Assembly (NCBI GenBank): GCA_019244185.1
Contig: JAFATB010000014.1
Location: 576,001 to 640,000 of the forward strand
Length of the DNA stretch: 64,000 nucleotides
Direction of reading: 5' to 3'
Source of the DNA: Acidobacteriota bacterium
GTDB taxonomy: Bacteria; Acidobacteriota; Thermoanaerobaculia; Gp7-AA8
Positions 63,806 to 64,000 of this stretch are shown piece by piece. A program made the position numbers and the translations under genes. The notes under the pieces were generated by a model. The model was not told the DNA's origin and ran no database searches. It worked only from the letters and a program-made list of their open reading frames with translations. Each line of letters starts with the position of its first letter. Position 1 is the stretch's first letter.

Positions 63806-64000
63806 GTGACCATCGCCGAGTTTCTGCTCGCGCTCATCGCGATCTTCGTGGCCGCGAAAGTCTTCGGGACGCTCGCGGAGCGCGTCGGCCAGCCCGCGGT
63901 GCTCGGCGAGCTCGCGGGCGGCGTGGTGGTCGGCGTCTCCGGCCTGCAGCTCGTCGATCCGCACGACATCACCGTCCGCCTGCTCTCCGAGCTCGGCGTC
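63806..64000 (+). CDS. Cation:proton antiporter (CPA2/Kef-type), N-terminus only
   Basis: GTG 63806 gives MTIAEFLLALIAIFVAAKVFGTLAERVGQPAVLGELAGGVVVG...LSELGV; runs off the window. Confidence 0.85.
   Translation, partial: MTIAEFLLALIAIFVAAKVFGTLAERVGQPAVLGELAGGVVVGVSGLQLVDPHDITVRLLSELGV

Overview
Very GC-rich bacterial DNA (about 68-70% by eye). Gene content and protein style suggest Acidobacteriota, possibly Thermoanaerobaculia (inference). In order: (1) a selenocysteine formate dehydrogenase operon (alpha with in-frame TGA and SECIS, Fe-S beta, NrfD anchor) interrupted by a secreted repeat protein; (2) RDD, TPR and RidA genes, a 2097-aa DUF11 surface protein, a metzincin protease and a GAF-PAS-PAS-GGDEF-EAL protein; (3) two giant paralogous Ig-repeat/beta-helix adhesins followed by three phage tail-collar-like genes, a Tat protein, a GNAT and a DUF6916-like gene; (4) a ~16 kb co-directional, largely translationally coupled cluster: KirBac channel, DUF4388-FHA, FAD/cNMP/4Fe-4S oxidoreductase, di-haem-b membrane protein, FHA-decahaem-FHA, tandem HbpS/GlcG protein, OM beta-barrel, decahaem-LVIVD, pentahaem cytochrome; (5) a second ordered tail-collar triplet, a frameshifted DUF1549/DUF1553 gene, a Tat DUF1501 gene and the start of a CPA2 antiporter. 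Best leads: a signal-gated trans-envelope electron conduit; an adhesin plus heterotrimeric tail-fibre-tip module present twice; a short basic (R/K)xR(A/S)V(R)H motif recurring in unrelated exported proteins; and a heptamer-built palindromic element found twice inside operons. No rRNA, tRNA, CRISPR or transposase was seen. Domain names come from motif recognition, not database searches.
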